Shown here in pieces: positions 8,912 to 18,305 of a stretch of 62,767 nucleotides of DNA (positions within the stretch are counted from its first letter, which is position 1; the number at the start of each line of letters is the position of its first letter). The notes beneath the pieces were generated by a model. It saw only the letters and a list, made by a program, of their open reading frames with translations, was not told the origin of the DNA and did not search any database. The DNA is from Defluviitaleaceae bacterium (lineage in GTDB: Bacteria > Bacillota > Clostridia > Lachnospirales > WRAX01): the NCBI GenBank assembly GCA_009785595.1, contig WQVZ01000002.1, positions 1 through 62,767 on the forward strand, given 5' to 3'. The translations under genes and the position numbers were made by a program.

Positions 8912-10174
8912 CTACCGTAATACCAACATACCCCGCTCTAAATCAACAAAAAAATCCGCGCCGGACACGCTGTTAACGTCCGCTATAGAAAAAAACACAT
9001 CACCATCTATACTAACCTCTTTACCATGCAGCATGTCCATGTAGGGAAAACGGGCGTCATATATCAAGGCTTTTTCTGGGATATAAAAATACGCCCCGCG
9101 TATCATGGCTCTAAAAGGCGAACGGATGGTCTTTGCGGCCATACGGTTGCCCTGGTGCAGGCTTACAAAATCAATAAAATGTTGGTTGGTCACGGCGGCT
9201 GCATACGCCGTGCGGATAATTTCTATGCTGTTGATGCCGTATTTGTTGCCGCTGCCGCCTGGGTCGCTGTAATTGCGGTATATCACGGCCTTTATGCGGG
9301 GATATTCTGTCAGTTGCCCGTAAATATCCGTAATTTTATCGGCGGCGGCTCGGGTGAAATATGTGTTGCTTAGGGTGGTATGGTGAGAAACCGCCGTACC
9401 CAGCATCAATGGTGCCTCTTGTTGAAAAGCATAGTGAAAAAAGTTAATATAGGTAAAAGGATCGCCAAAAGTGCCGTCTGTGCTTATATTGTTGTATACC
9501 GTCATTTTTATCCAGTCCACGGCTTCTGCGCCGGGATAAAAACGAGTGGACGCGCCCATATTTTCGGCATCAAAACCCCACACCAGTGCCGTATTTGGGG
9601 CGTGTTGGGCAAATATATCCCGTGCTGCCCTAAAAAACGGAATATATTCCGCCGGACTAAAGCCATGATTGCCCGCAATTGGATACAATTGAACAAAAAC
9701 AGGCACATTAAAGCGGCCGGCGCTTGCGGCAAAATCCGCCAGCAGTTCCAGGTCATAAATATACCCGTCTTCCGGCGGCAAAAGTGTGATAAAAGGTGAT
9801 TTTTGGGCGGCAATGGCCTCCAGCACCCACAGCAAGGGATAATCATCCCCCAGGGTGGTTGTATAGGCAAATATGGCGTGGTTTACGCCGACTTCGCGCT
9901 CAAATTCCCTAATGCCGCTGATGGTGCGGTCTCTGGCCACATATACTCCAAGCAGTGCCCCGCTGGCGGGCTCGTGTCGGGCCAGCCGGTGGTTTTCAAT
10001 TTCGATTTTAAGGCGCAGGGGGGTTGCTTCATTACTCTGCGCATGAGCGTTCCGGTGGGCTGTGTCGTTTTGAAACACCAAGGGTACATATATGGCCGGA
10101 CTTTGTGTGCCGCTACATGATGATAACACCAACAACACAAAAAGGGCCGAGAAAATGACTGTAAGCCGAAGCAT
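8912..10174 (-). CDS. lipoprotein with GH26-like fold (catalytic HEMNG motif not conserved)
   Basis: Lipobox LVLSSC. YPGAEAVDWIKMTVYN resembles the GH26 YYPGDxYVDW block, but the acid/base motif region reads YPIAGNHG. Confidence 0.35.
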   Translation of the reverse strand: MLRLTVIFSALFVLLVLSSCSGTQSPAIYVPLVFQNDTAHRNAHAQSNEATPLRLKIEIENHRLARHEPASGALLGVYVARDRTISGIREFEREVGVNHAIFAYTTTLGDDYPLLWVLEAIAAQKSPFITLLPPEDGYIYDLELLADFAASAGRFNVPVFVQLYPIAGNHGFSPAEYIPFFRAARDIFAQHAPNTALVWGFDAENMGASTRFYPGAEAVDWIKMTVYNNISTDGTFGDPFTYINFFHYAFQQEAPLMLGTAVSHHTTLSNTYFTRAAADKITDIYGQLTEYPRIKAVIYRNYSDPGGSGNKYGINSIEIIRTAYAAAVTNQHFIDFVSLHQGNRMAAKTIRSPFRAMIRGAYFYIPEKALIYDARFPYMDMLHGKEVSIDGDVFFSIADVNSVSGADFFVDLERGMLVLR

Positions 10175-10199
10175 ACATCCTCCTTCTCCCCCCTATTAT

Positions 10200-10223
10200 G
10201 GGCGGCAGAATGCCGCCCCTACA
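10200..10223 (-). repeat. REP-like GC hairpin, copy 2
   Basis: GGGCGGCA-GAA-TGCCGCCCCTACA. The CTA at 10219-10221 is the recU TAG stop. Confidence 0.75.
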
Positions 10224-10743
10224 TGGACTCCAAATACGTATTTATCGCGTCAAGGTAGAGAAGAAAGCCCCCTCGGCACTCTACCAGATATTTTTTATCA
10301 AAATCTTCATAAGGTATAGACTTACGCCCGCCACCCTGCGCTGTGTCCCAAAACTCTTTTAACCGTATAAAGGGCATGAAAAAATATTGGTCATACAACA
10401 AAAAATGCACCAACACAAAGGCCACGCCTTTTTGCCGGGTAAAATCCTCCATAAATTCTATCTGATGGCGGTGCATATTGCCCACGGGCAGGTTTTTTAG
10501 CTTGGTTTCTTTGGCGTCAAAACATATTGGTATGCCCTGCACCGCGCCAATATAATCCACCGTGCTTTTTTTTTCAAAATACGCCAGGGTTATGTGGCGG
10601 CTTTCTTTATCAATGGCTACGGGGGTAATGGGCGTGGCAACTTTGTGGACAATGGCCAAAGAATTGGCGCGATACCGCTCGTTGGTTAGGTTTATCATTT
10701 CTTCAAAAGTGGAGCCCCTAAGGCCCCTGTTGGCAAAGCTCAT
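10219..10743 (-). CDS. recU: Holliday junction resolvase RecU
   Basis: Typical RecU sequence (RGSTFEEMIN...STVDYIGAVQGIPICFDAKET). Confidence 0.85.
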   Translation of the reverse strand: MSFANRGLRGSTFEEMINLTNERYRANSLAIVHKVATPITPVAIDKESRHITLAYFEKKSTVDYIGAVQGIPICFDAKETKLKNLPVGNMHRHQIEFMEDFTRQKGVAFVLVHFLLYDQYFFMPFIRLKEFWDTAQGGGRKSIPYEDFDKKYLVECRGGFLLYLDAINTYLESM

Positions 10744-10745
10744 TT

Positions 10746-11666
10746 CTATTCTCTCCCCATTTTGTCCAAATCATACCATATTTTCATATCATTTGGCATT
10801 GGCGCAATAAAATTCTTGCCGGACAAATACCCCAAAACCCCGGCAATCTGCCCAAACGCCACCTCATGGGCGTGTAGCATTTGCCGTGGGGCCTTTTTGC
10901 CGCCATATTTTGCGTCCCCAACAATGGGGTGGCCAATGCTGGCCAAGTGCGCCCTAATTTGGTGGCTGCGCCCTGTTTGCAGGTCTATTTTAAGCGTTGT
11001 TATGTCCTTTGCGGCATTATAATGTATGGGAAAAACCAGGGTGACGGCTTCTGTGCCTTCTAATGTTCCACGTGGAACAATTTTCGCTAAATTTTTCGCC
11101 TCGTCTTTAGTGTGTGTGCCCTCAAGCCGCATTTTGCCAGTAATTTGCCCATGAACAGCCGCCAAATAATATTTGCCAATGGCCCTGTCGTGGATAAGTT
11201 TAGACAAAACCTGGGCCGCCGCCAGATTTTTTGCGCACAGCACAATGCCCGTGGTGTTGCGGTCCAGACGGTTTACACACACAGGAGCGAACGTGCTATT
11301 GGAAAAATGATGGCGCAAACGACCTGTAAGGGAATCGGCCATTGCTGCATCAGGTTGTGTCAGCAAATTGGCCGTTTTGTTTATGATTATGATATTTTCG
11401 TCCTCGTAAACAATATCCAGTGGGCCTGGTGCGGCTTGTGGTGCGGCTTTGGTGAATTTCTCCACAGTGTCATCGGCCAAATAAAGCCTGACCACATCAC
11501 CGGCAGCAATTATCTGCCCGCCGTCTGACCGCTTGTTGTTTACCACAATGTTCTTTTTACGCAACATTTTGTGGATAAATGCTTTGGGGGCCGCGCCCAG
11601 GTGTCGGGCCAAAAATTTATCCAGCCGCTGGCCGGCTATTTCCGGGGTTATGATGATTTCTTTCAT
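10746..11666 (-). CDS. RluA-family 23S rRNA pseudouridine synthase
   Basis: S4 domain (GQRLDKFLA) and catalytic NRLDRNTTG motif. I chose start ATG 11666 (MKEIIITPE); the longer ORF reads through a REP copy. Confidence 0.8.
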   Translation of the reverse strand: MKEIIITPEIAGQRLDKFLARHLGAAPKAFIHKMLRKKNIVVNNKRSDGGQIIAAGDVVRLYLADDTVEKFTKAAPQAAPGPLDIVYEDENIIIINKTANLLTQPDAAMADSLTGRLRHHFSNSTFAPVCVNRLDRNTTGIVLCAKNLAAAQVLSKLIHDRAIGKYYLAAVHGQITGKMRLEGTHTKDEAKNLAKIVPRGTLEGTEAVTLVFPIHYNAAKDITTLKIDLQTGRSHQIRAHLASIGHPIVGDAKYGGKKAPRQMLHAHEVAFGQIAGVLGYLSGKNFIAPMPNDMKIWYDLDKMGRE

Positions 11667-11684
11667 GACGTATATCCTCAATTG

Positions 11685-11708
11685 CGGGCGGCAGAATGCC
11701 GCCCCTAC
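11685..11708 (-). repeat. REP-like GC hairpin, copy 3
   Basis: CGGGCGGCA-GAA-TGCCGCCCCTAC. The CTA at 11705-11707 is the prfB TAG stop. Confidence 0.75.
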
Positions 11709-12809
11709 TTTTGTCCGGCGGCCCACAACAAATACGCATTAATGAACATATCCAAATTGCCGTCCATCACTGCCTGAATGTTGCCCATTTCGGCATTAGT
11801 GCGATGGTCTTTCACCATATTATAGGGGTGAAAGACATAGGAGCGTATCTGGCTGGACCAGCCTATCTCCTTAACCTCGCCCCGCACGCCGGACAGCAAC
11901 TGGGTTTTCTCTGCGTTTTTAATTTCCAGCAGCTTTGCCCGCAGCATTTTCATGGCTACGTCTTTGTTTTTGTGCTGGCTGCGTTCGTTTTGGCATTGCA
12001 CAATGGTGTTGGTGGGTATGTGGGTAATGCGTATGGCGGAATCTGTGGTGTTTACATGTTGGCCGCCCGCGCCTGAAGAGCGGTATGTGTCTATGCGCAG
12101 CTCCTCCGGGTTAATTTCTATGGTGTTGTCGTCCTCTATTTCCGGCATCACATCACAAGAAGCAAAGGACGTATGCCGTTTGCCTGCTGTGTCAAAAGGC
12201 GACAAGCGCACCAGGCGGTGTACCCCTTTTTCGCTTTTAAGGTACCCATACGCCCCCGCGCCGGTAATTTCCATGGTTACGGACTTTACCCCGGCTTCCT
12301 CCCCGGGCAGATAGTCTAAAATTTGGGTGTTATAACCCCGTGCGTCCGCCCAGCGGGTGTACATGCGCAGCAACATTGCCGTCCAGTCGCAGGCTTCGGT
12401 GCCGCCAGCCCCTGCGTGCAGGGCCAATATGGCGTTATTATTATCGTATTCGCCGCTTAATAACGTAGCCGTGCGTAAATTATCATAAGCCGCCACAAAA
12501 CCCGCCGCCGCCTTTTTCGCGTCGGGCAATAGGTCATTGCCGCCGTCTTCCGCGGCTAATTCCACCAAAACAAGAGCCTCCTCATAGGATTCCTCCAGGT
12601 GACGAAAGCTCTCAACTCTCCTGCGCAGTTCCTTTTCTTCCCTCAACACCTTTTGGGCGCCTTCGGCATCGTTCCAAAAATCTGCCGCCACGGACAGCTG
12701 TGTCAGCTTATCCGCTTTGGCTTCTATGCCGGCAATGTCAAAGTGAGTTCCCCATTTCCATCAGTTTTCCCCGATAAGGTGCCAGCTGCGCCCTTATTTG
12801 TTCCAGCAT
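11705..12809 (-). CDS. prfB: peptide chain release factor 2, programmed +1 frameshift
   Basis: Frame-0 segment MLEQIRAQLAPYRGKLMEMGNSL ends at CTT TGA C (12738-12743). The +1 frame continues DIAGIEAKADKL... to 11705 and contains the SPF and GGQ motifs. Annotate as join(12809..12741,12739..11705). Confidence 0.9.
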
Positions 12810-12848
12810 TTCTTCACATCCCTTATTTGTTCCAGCATTTTTTCACAT
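12791..12848. repeat. 2 x 29-bp tandem direct repeat covering the prfB start and the GNAT stop
   Basis: Units 12791-12819 and 12820-12848 are identical at 28 of 29 positions. Confidence 0.9.
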
Positions 12849-13331
12849 TTCTTTTGAATACCGCACCATGGTGGCCCCAAGTTCTTTACTAAACTCGCGC
12901 CCGCCATCAAGACCATACCCCATTTTCTCATAAAAAGTACCAGCCGGATTGCCTTCTGCCATCCACAAGCATACATAGCTAAAGTCGCGCTGTTTGGCGG
13001 TCTGCTCAAAAAAATTAAGCAATTGCCGCCCAATGCCCCCGCCATGCATCAGCGGGTCTACAAATATCCTGTAAAGCTCCAGGGCACCCTTTTTGTCTTC
13101 GTCACCGCAAAGGCGCAGGGTCAAAAAGCCCTTGATAATACCGTCGTCAAAAACATAGCCCTCTATTGTGCTTGCGGTATCGCGAAAATACTCCGTTCGC
13201 TCGTGCACAGTTGTTTGCTTAAACAAATGTTCGTCCGAGACAATGCCCTTATAAGCAAAACGCTGGCCAAAGACGTGTATTTCGGCCACGCGCCCGGCAT
13301 CGTCGGCTGTCATTGGTCTGATGTTGTCCAT
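12843..13331 (-). CDS. GNAT family N-acetyltransferase
   Basis: Acetyl-CoA binding motif region (RIFVDPLMHGGGIGRQLL). Confidence 0.75.
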   Translation of the reverse strand: MDNIRPMTADDAGRVAEIHVFGQRFAYKGIVSDEHLFKQTTVHERTEYFRDTASTIEGYVFDDGIIKGFLTLRLCGDEDKKGALELYRIFVDPLMHGGGIGRQLLNFFEQTAKQRDFSYVCLWMAEGNPAGTFYEKMGYGLDGGREFSKELGATMVRYSKEM

Positions 13332-13334
13332 AAA

Positions 13335-13514
13335 TCAACCACGCCACCATGCGCGTATTCCTGTAAGAAACAGAAAAGCACCGATAAGCATACCAATGCC
13401 CATCATTATATCGGTGGCCCCAAAGTCACCACCGCGTCCGACAAAGGCCAATATGCCTCCCAATACCAGCAAAAAGCCCAACACAATTCTAATTTTTCCG
13501 GGTCTTCCGTCCAT
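13335..13514 (-). CDS. small two-TM membrane protein (59 aa), not in the ORF track
   Basis: MDGRPGKIRIVLGFLLVLGGILAFVGRGGDFGATDIMMGIGMLIGAFLFLTGIRAWWRG. Strong RBS (GAGGAGGAGA). The stop lies 3 nt upstream of the GNAT ATG (TGATTTATG). Confidence 0.55.
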   Translation of the reverse strand: MDGRPGKIRIVLGFLLVLGGILAFVGRGGDFGATDIMMGIGMLIGAFLFLTGIRAWWRG

Positions 13515-13544
13515 AATTTCTCCTCCTCTAAATATAATATATTG

Positions 13545-13569
13545 CGGGCGACCAAAGGTCGCCCTTACA
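13545..13569 (-). repeat. REP-like GC hairpin, copy 4 (GACC/GGTC stem variant)
   Basis: CGGGCGACC-AAA-GGTCGCCCTTACA. Confidence 0.65.
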
Positions 13570-13612
13570 AAACGCTATCGTCATATCCGGACATTGATCC
13601 GGAATCCCACCT

Positions 13613-16171
13613 CTACGACGCCGCCTGTTTATTTATGCAGCAGGCTTTAAACTTCTTGCCGCTACCACATGGGCATGGGTCATTGCGCCCAACTTTGTCC
13701 ACCTTGCGCTTTGTGGGTGTATTGGCCAAATTGCCGTCTTTGTTATATGCAAGGGGCTTGGCCACCTGCTCTCTTTGCAGGGGTTGTGTGGCCATTTGCA
13801 CATTATACATATGGCGCACGGTGTCTTGTTGTATATTGCGGCTTAGTTCGTCAAACATATCATAACTTTGGAAGCGGTATTCCGTTAGCGGGTCACGTTG
13901 TGCAAAGCTGTGTAGGGATATACCCTGGCGCATTTGGTCCATGGCGTCTATATGGTCCATCCATTTTTGGTCAACCACTCGCAGCATCAATATGCGCTCT
14001 ATTTCCCTCATTTGCTCGGCGGTAAACTCCGCTTCGCGCCTGTTGTACAGTTTTGCGGCATCATCCACAATGCGGGCTTTAAGAGCGGAGTTGCTTTCGC
14101 CTTCACCCAGTCTGTACGGACGCAGACGCGTCAGTGGTTCCAGATGTTTATTAAGGGCGTCAATATCCAAAATTTCTGTGTCGTCGTCGGTATAGCTGTC
14201 TACGGCCCGCTCTATTACATCCTTCACCATGCCTAAAATATGGTCTTTCATATCCTGGCCGGACAAAATCTTATAGCGTTCGCCGTATATAATCTCGCGC
14301 TGTTCGTTCATTATGCGGTCATAGTCCAAAAGATGCTTACGCGTGCCAAAGTGGTTGCCCTCCACCTTCTTTTGTGCGCCTTCAATGGCTTTGGAGAGCA
14401 TCTTGCTTTCAATGGCCTCGTCATCGGGCATGTTAAGGGCATTCATTGTGGCCAAAATACGCTCGGAAGCAAAAAGGCGCATTAAGTCATCTTGCAGTGA
14501 TATATAGAATCGGGATTCGCCGGGATCGCCCTGACGACCTGCACGACCGCGCAGCTGGTTGTCAATACGGCGTGATTCGTGACGCTCGGTGCCGATAATT
14601 TTAAGGCCGCCAAGGGCTACAACGCCCTCGCCCAGCTTTATATCCGTACCACGGCCCGCCATGTTGGTGGCAATGGTTATGGCACCTTTAAGGCCCGCGT
14701 CGGCTACAATTTCCGCTTCTTTTTCGTGATATTTTGCGTTAAGGACGTTATGCTTTACGCCTACGCGCTTTAGCAGGGCAGACAACTGCTCGGATTTTTC
14801 TATGCTTACAGTACCAACCAGCACAGGCTGGCCACGGCCGTAGCAGTCTTTAATGTCTTCTATAATGGCTTTATACTTAGCCAGCTCGGTTTTGTATACC
14901 AAATCGGGCTGGTCCACACGGGCAACGGGCCTGTTGGTGGGTATGGCCACCACGTCCATTTTGTAAATATCCCTAAATTCGCCCTCTTCCGTTAATGCCG
15001 TACCCGTCATACCGGATTTTTTATCGTATTTGTTAAAGAAATTTTGGAAAGTAATGGTGGCCAGGGTTTTGCTTTCTCGGCGCACGTCCACATTTTCTTT
15101 GGCTTCTATTGCTTGGTGCAGACCATCGGAATAACGGCGGCCGGGCATCATACGGCCGGTAAATTCGTCAACTATTACAATTTCGCCGTCTTTTACAACA
15201 TAATCTTTATCCAGATGCATATTGTAATTGGCCTTTAGGGCATTGTTAACGTGGTGCTGAATTTCCAGGCTGTCTGGGTCGGATAAATTATCTATGGCAA
15301 AAAAACGCTCGGCCTTTGCAATACCCTCTTGGGTCAGCGTCACCGTCTTGCGCTTTTCGTCTACAACATAGTCCCCTTCTTCCTTCAGCTCAATTTTTAA
15401 CAAGGGATTAAGGGCTTCGTCTTCGTTAAGCAGGCGGCCTTTCTTTAAGGTGCGCACAAAACGGTCGGCTACTTTATAAAGGTCGGTAGACTTGCCGCTG
15501 GCGCCGGAGATAATAAGCGGCGTGCGGGCCTCGTCAATAAGGATAGAGTCAATCTCGTCAATAATGGCATAATTAAGAACGCGTTGCACCATGTCTTTCT
15601 CGTATACCACCATGTTATCTCGAAGATAATCAAAGCCCAGCTCGTTATTTGTGGCATATGTTATGTCGCTGTTATATGCTTCCCGTCGCTCTTCCGGGGT
15701 CATTTCATGCAAAATACAGCCCACGGTAAGACCTAAAAAGCGGTGTATTTGCCCCATCCATTCCGAGTCACGGTGGGCCAGATATTCGTTTACTGTCACT
15801 ACATGCACGCCATTGCCGCCAAGGGCGTTAAGATATGCCGGCAGGGTGGATGTAAGGGTTTTGCCTTCGCCTGTGCGCATTTCCGCAATACGCCCCTGGT
15901 GCAGCACAATGCCGCCAATAAGCTGCACGCGATAATGCTCTTGTTTAAGGGTGCGCACGGCGGCCTCCCGCACTGTTGCAAAGGCCTCCGGCAAAATATC
16001 ATCTAAAGTCTCGCCAGCCGCCAGCCGCTCTTTAAACTCCGCGGTCTTGGCTGTCAGCTGCTCGTCCGACATAGCTTTCATTTTAGGCTGTAACGCCTCA
16101 ATTTTATCCACCGTGGACAACAGCCGTTTAATTTCCTTTTCGCTGTATGATTTGAAGAGTTTTTTTATCAT
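13613..16171 (-). CDS. secA: preprotein translocase ATPase SecA
   Basis: DEAD motor motifs ([27 protein letters not shown]-like) and a C-terminal zinc motif [13 protein letters not shown]. Confidence 0.95.
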   Translation of the reverse strand: MIKKLFKSYSEKEIKRLLSTVDKIEALQPKMKAMSDEQLTAKTAEFKERLAAGETLDDILPEAFATVREAAVRTLKQEHYRVQLIGGIVLHQGRIAEMRTGEGKTLTSTLPAYLNALGGNGVHVVTVNEYLAHRDSEWMGQIHRFLGLTVGCILHEMTPEERREAYNSDITYATNNELGFDYLRDNMVVYEKDMVQRVLNYAIIDEIDSILIDEARTPLIISGASGKSTDLYKVADRFVRTLKKGRLLNEDEALNPLLKIELKEEGDYVVDEKRKTVTLTQEGIAKAERFFAIDNLSDPDSLEIQHHVNNALKANYNMHLDKDYVVKDGEIVIVDEFTGRMMPGRRYSDGLHQAIEAKENVDVRRESKTLATITFQNFFNKYDKKSGMTGTALTEEGEFRDIYKMDVVAIPTNRPVARVDQPDLVYKTELAKYKAIIEDIKDCYGRGQPVLVGTVSIEKSEQLSALLKRVGVKHNVLNAKYHEKEAEIVADAGLKGAITIATNMAGRGTDIKLGEGVVALGGLKIIGTERHESRRIDNQLRGRAGRQGDPGESRFYISLQDDLMRLFASERILATMNALNMPDDEAIESKMLSKAIEGAQKKVEGNHFGTRKHLLDYDRIMNEQREIIYGERYKILSGQDMKDHILGMVKDVIERAVDSYTDDDTEILDIDALNKHLEPLTRLRPYRLGEGESNSALKARIVDDAAKLYNRREAEFTAEQMREIERILMLRVVDQKWMDHIDAMDQMRQGISLHSFAQRDPLTEYRFQSYDMFDELSRNIQQDTVRHMYNVQMATQPLQREQVAKPLAYNKDGNLANTPTKRKVDKVGRNDPCPCGSGKKFKACCINKQAAS

Positions 16172-16290
16172 AAACAAGCACCTCATTTTGGTAATTTTTC
16201 ATCACCCCTTAGTTTACCAGATAAACCCCTATGTATGCAAGGGTTTGTTTTAAAGGGGCTGTGGATGGCTGTGGCCAATTGCATTGATTT

Positions 16291-16318
16291 TGTAGGGGCG
16301 ACCATCTCCGGTGTTCCG
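16291..16318 (+). repeat. degenerate REP-like copy 5
   Basis: TGTAGGGGCGACC head is intact. The 3' arm is eroded (GGTGTTCC). Confidence 0.35.
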
Positions 16319-16447
16319 TTTTAAGTCAATGTTGTTCGACCACGGCCTTCTTATTGCTATCATGTGCATAACAGAAAAAGAAAATTATCATGCACGCATA
16401 ATAAACGCCTTGGGGGTTAATAATACTTCTGGAGGTGTTTACAACAT

Positions 16448-17383
16448 ATGGAAGAAAAACCAAAAAACACAAGAAAAACCAAAAAATCCAAGGGCACGGG
16501 TTTTTATGCGGCTATGTATGCCAGCCTGGGCGGCTTGCTTGTTTTGGCCATATTTATAGGCTATTACAGCTTTCTTGGCCCGGGAGCGGCCACAGGCGAT
16601 ACCCAGGTGTCTCATGTGCCGCCGAATTTGTTCGAACAAGGACAAGCGGGATTTGATGTACCGGTAGGCGGTGGATTTGATGTGCCGATAGCAGGTCAGC
16701 CAACGCCGGTGCCGCAAACAACCCCGCCGCCCCAGGACGGAGCAAGAAACCAGGTGCCGCAACAAAATGTTATGCCAACACCTGTCGAACCCGATGACGG
16801 CATCCAGCCTGGAGCCGCGCCAGCCCCTGAAGGAGCCTATGACGATTATTGGGATTATGGTTATGCAGACATCTATTTGGTTGACGAGTCAGAAATGAGC
16901 GAAGCAGATCTTTACAACATCTTTGGAGCTCCGCATATGTATTTCCCGCATTTTGCCGAAGGAGACAATATGCATTGGCCGATAGCGGGAGACATTTTGA
17001 TGGATTTTGCCATGGACAGACTGATTTTTGACGCAACCCTGGACCAATGGCGTACCAATGACAATGTGGCCATAGAAGCAAGCCGCGGTGATGCCGTACG
17101 TGCCGCCGCCACTGGCAGAGTGGCCGAAATTACGTCAACGCGCCAGTTTGGCCAGAAAGTAGTGATCGACCATGGCAACGGTTGGGTTACTACATACACC
17201 CAACTTGACCCCGCCAGTTTGGTGGTTAGGGTGGATGATGTAGTAAACCGCGGCCAGATAATAGGGTCTGTAGGAAGCCCATCTATTTTCGGCAGTATGT
17301 TGGGATACCATGTAGGCTTTGCCATAGCTAACAACGATGTGCCTGTAGACCCCAATGTTATGCTTAGCACCACAAGCCCTTGA
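16448..17383 (+). CDS. M23/LytM-domain membrane protein with degenerate active site (SpoIIQ-like?)
   Basis: N-terminal TM, a Pro-rich linker and a LytM domain (VVIDHGNGWVTTYTQL...GQIIGSVG). The HxxxD and HxH metal ligands are mostly substituted. Confidence 0.6.
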   Translation: MEEKPKNTRKTKKSKGTGFYAAMYASLGGLLVLAIFIGYYSFLGPGAATGDTQVSHVPPNLFEQGQAGFDVPVGGGFDVPIAGQPTPVPQTTPPPQDGARNQVPQQNVMPTPVEPDDGIQPGAAPAPEGAYDDYWDYGYADIYLVDESEMSEADLYNIFGAPHMYFPHFAEGDNMHWPIAGDILMDFAMDRLIFDATLDQWRTNDNVAIEASRGDAVRAAATGRVAEITSTRQFGQKVVIDHGNGWVTTYTQLDPASLVVRVDDVVNRGQIIGSVGSPSIFGSMLGYHVGFAIANNDVPVDPNVMLSTTSP

Positions 17384-17407
17384 TGATCTGTATGGTTCGA
17401 TTAGCGA

Positions 17408-17436
17408 CCACGGAGCGTTTACGCTCCGTGGTTTTT
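17408..17436 (+). terminator. rho-independent terminator
   Basis: CCACGGAGCG-TTTA-CGCTCCGTGG followed by TTTTT. Confidence 0.75.
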
Positions 17437-17494
17437 CACATTGCGTTTACGTAATGTGGGGATTACGCTGCGTAAACGCAGCGTGTTCGCAGGC

Positions 17495-18298
17495 TTAATG
17501 TAACGTCAACACCCCGCTGGTCTTATATCTATCTGCCAAATATAGTCCCACCGAACCACCTGCATCAATATTTTTGGCCGTCAGAATATTTTTAACCGTC
17601 TCATATGCCACCACTGGACGGTTGTTCTCTTGGCTTAGATGGGCTAAGAAGATATACTTGGTTTTTGGGCCAAAAATATCGGCCAAAAACGCACCGCAGG
17701 ATACATTGGAAAGATGGCCTATGTCGCTTAGTATGCGGCGCTTAAGATGGGCGGGATATGGGCCGTATTGCAGCATATCCAGGTCGTGGTTGCTTTCTAT
17801 CATAACAATATCGGCGTCATAAAAATTCTCCGCCACATTGGGATTAATGTGGCCAAGGTCGGTTGCCACAGCTATTTTGCGGCCATGTGCCTGTATGGTA
17901 TAACCCACAGGCTCAGCGGCATCATGAGGTATGGCAAAGGGCTTAACTTTCATATCCCCCAGTATCACAGCCGTATCGGGAGTTATCATCATCTGATTCT
18001 CCTGGGCAATTTTACCCAGTGTGCCGTATTTTTGCGCATATTGCCAGGTGCCACGGGTAAGATACAGCGGCACATTGTACCGACGGGACAAAACCCCGGC
18101 CCCCTGTATATGGTCAGTATGCTCATGGGTAATAAATATGGCGGTAAGGTCTGCGCAATTTATGCCCACACCGGCCATATTGGTTTCTATGGCACGGCCG
18201 GAAAGCCCCGCGTCTATTAGTATTTTGGTTTGGTCTGTTGACACAAAAACACTATTGCCGCTGGAACCGCTGGCAATAGTGCAAAAGTTTATTGACAT
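17495..18298 (-). CDS. MBL-fold metallo-hydrolase (YycJ/WalJ-like)
   Basis: HEHTDH motif. The N-terminus SGSSGNSVFV is typical of the YycJ family. Confidence 0.75.
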   Translation of the reverse strand: MSINFCTIASGSSGNSVFVSTDQTKILIDAGLSGRAIETNMAGVGINCADLTAIFITHEHTDHIQGAGVLSRRYNVPLYLTRGTWQYAQKYGTLGKIAQENQMMITPDTAVILGDMKVKPFAIPHDAAEPVGYTIQAHGRKIAVATDLGHINPNVAENFYDADIVMIESNHDLDMLQYGPYPAHLKRRILSDIGHLSNVSCGAFLADIFGPKTKYIFLAHLSQENNRPVVAYETVKNILTAKNIDAGGSVGLYLADRYKTSGVLTLH

Positions 18299-18305
18299 AT
18301 GTTTT

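Noticed and set aside
11667-11726. N-terminal extension of the pseudouridine synthase (MGRRTKVGAAFCRPQLRIYV).
   Set aside because: The extension is simply the translation of REP copy 3. The same artefact occurs in the plsY ORF extension (26832-26963).
13023-13865. 280-aa plus-strand ORF.
   Set aside because: It runs antisense across the GNAT, the small membrane gene, a REP copy and the secA 3' end. It is not a coherent protein.
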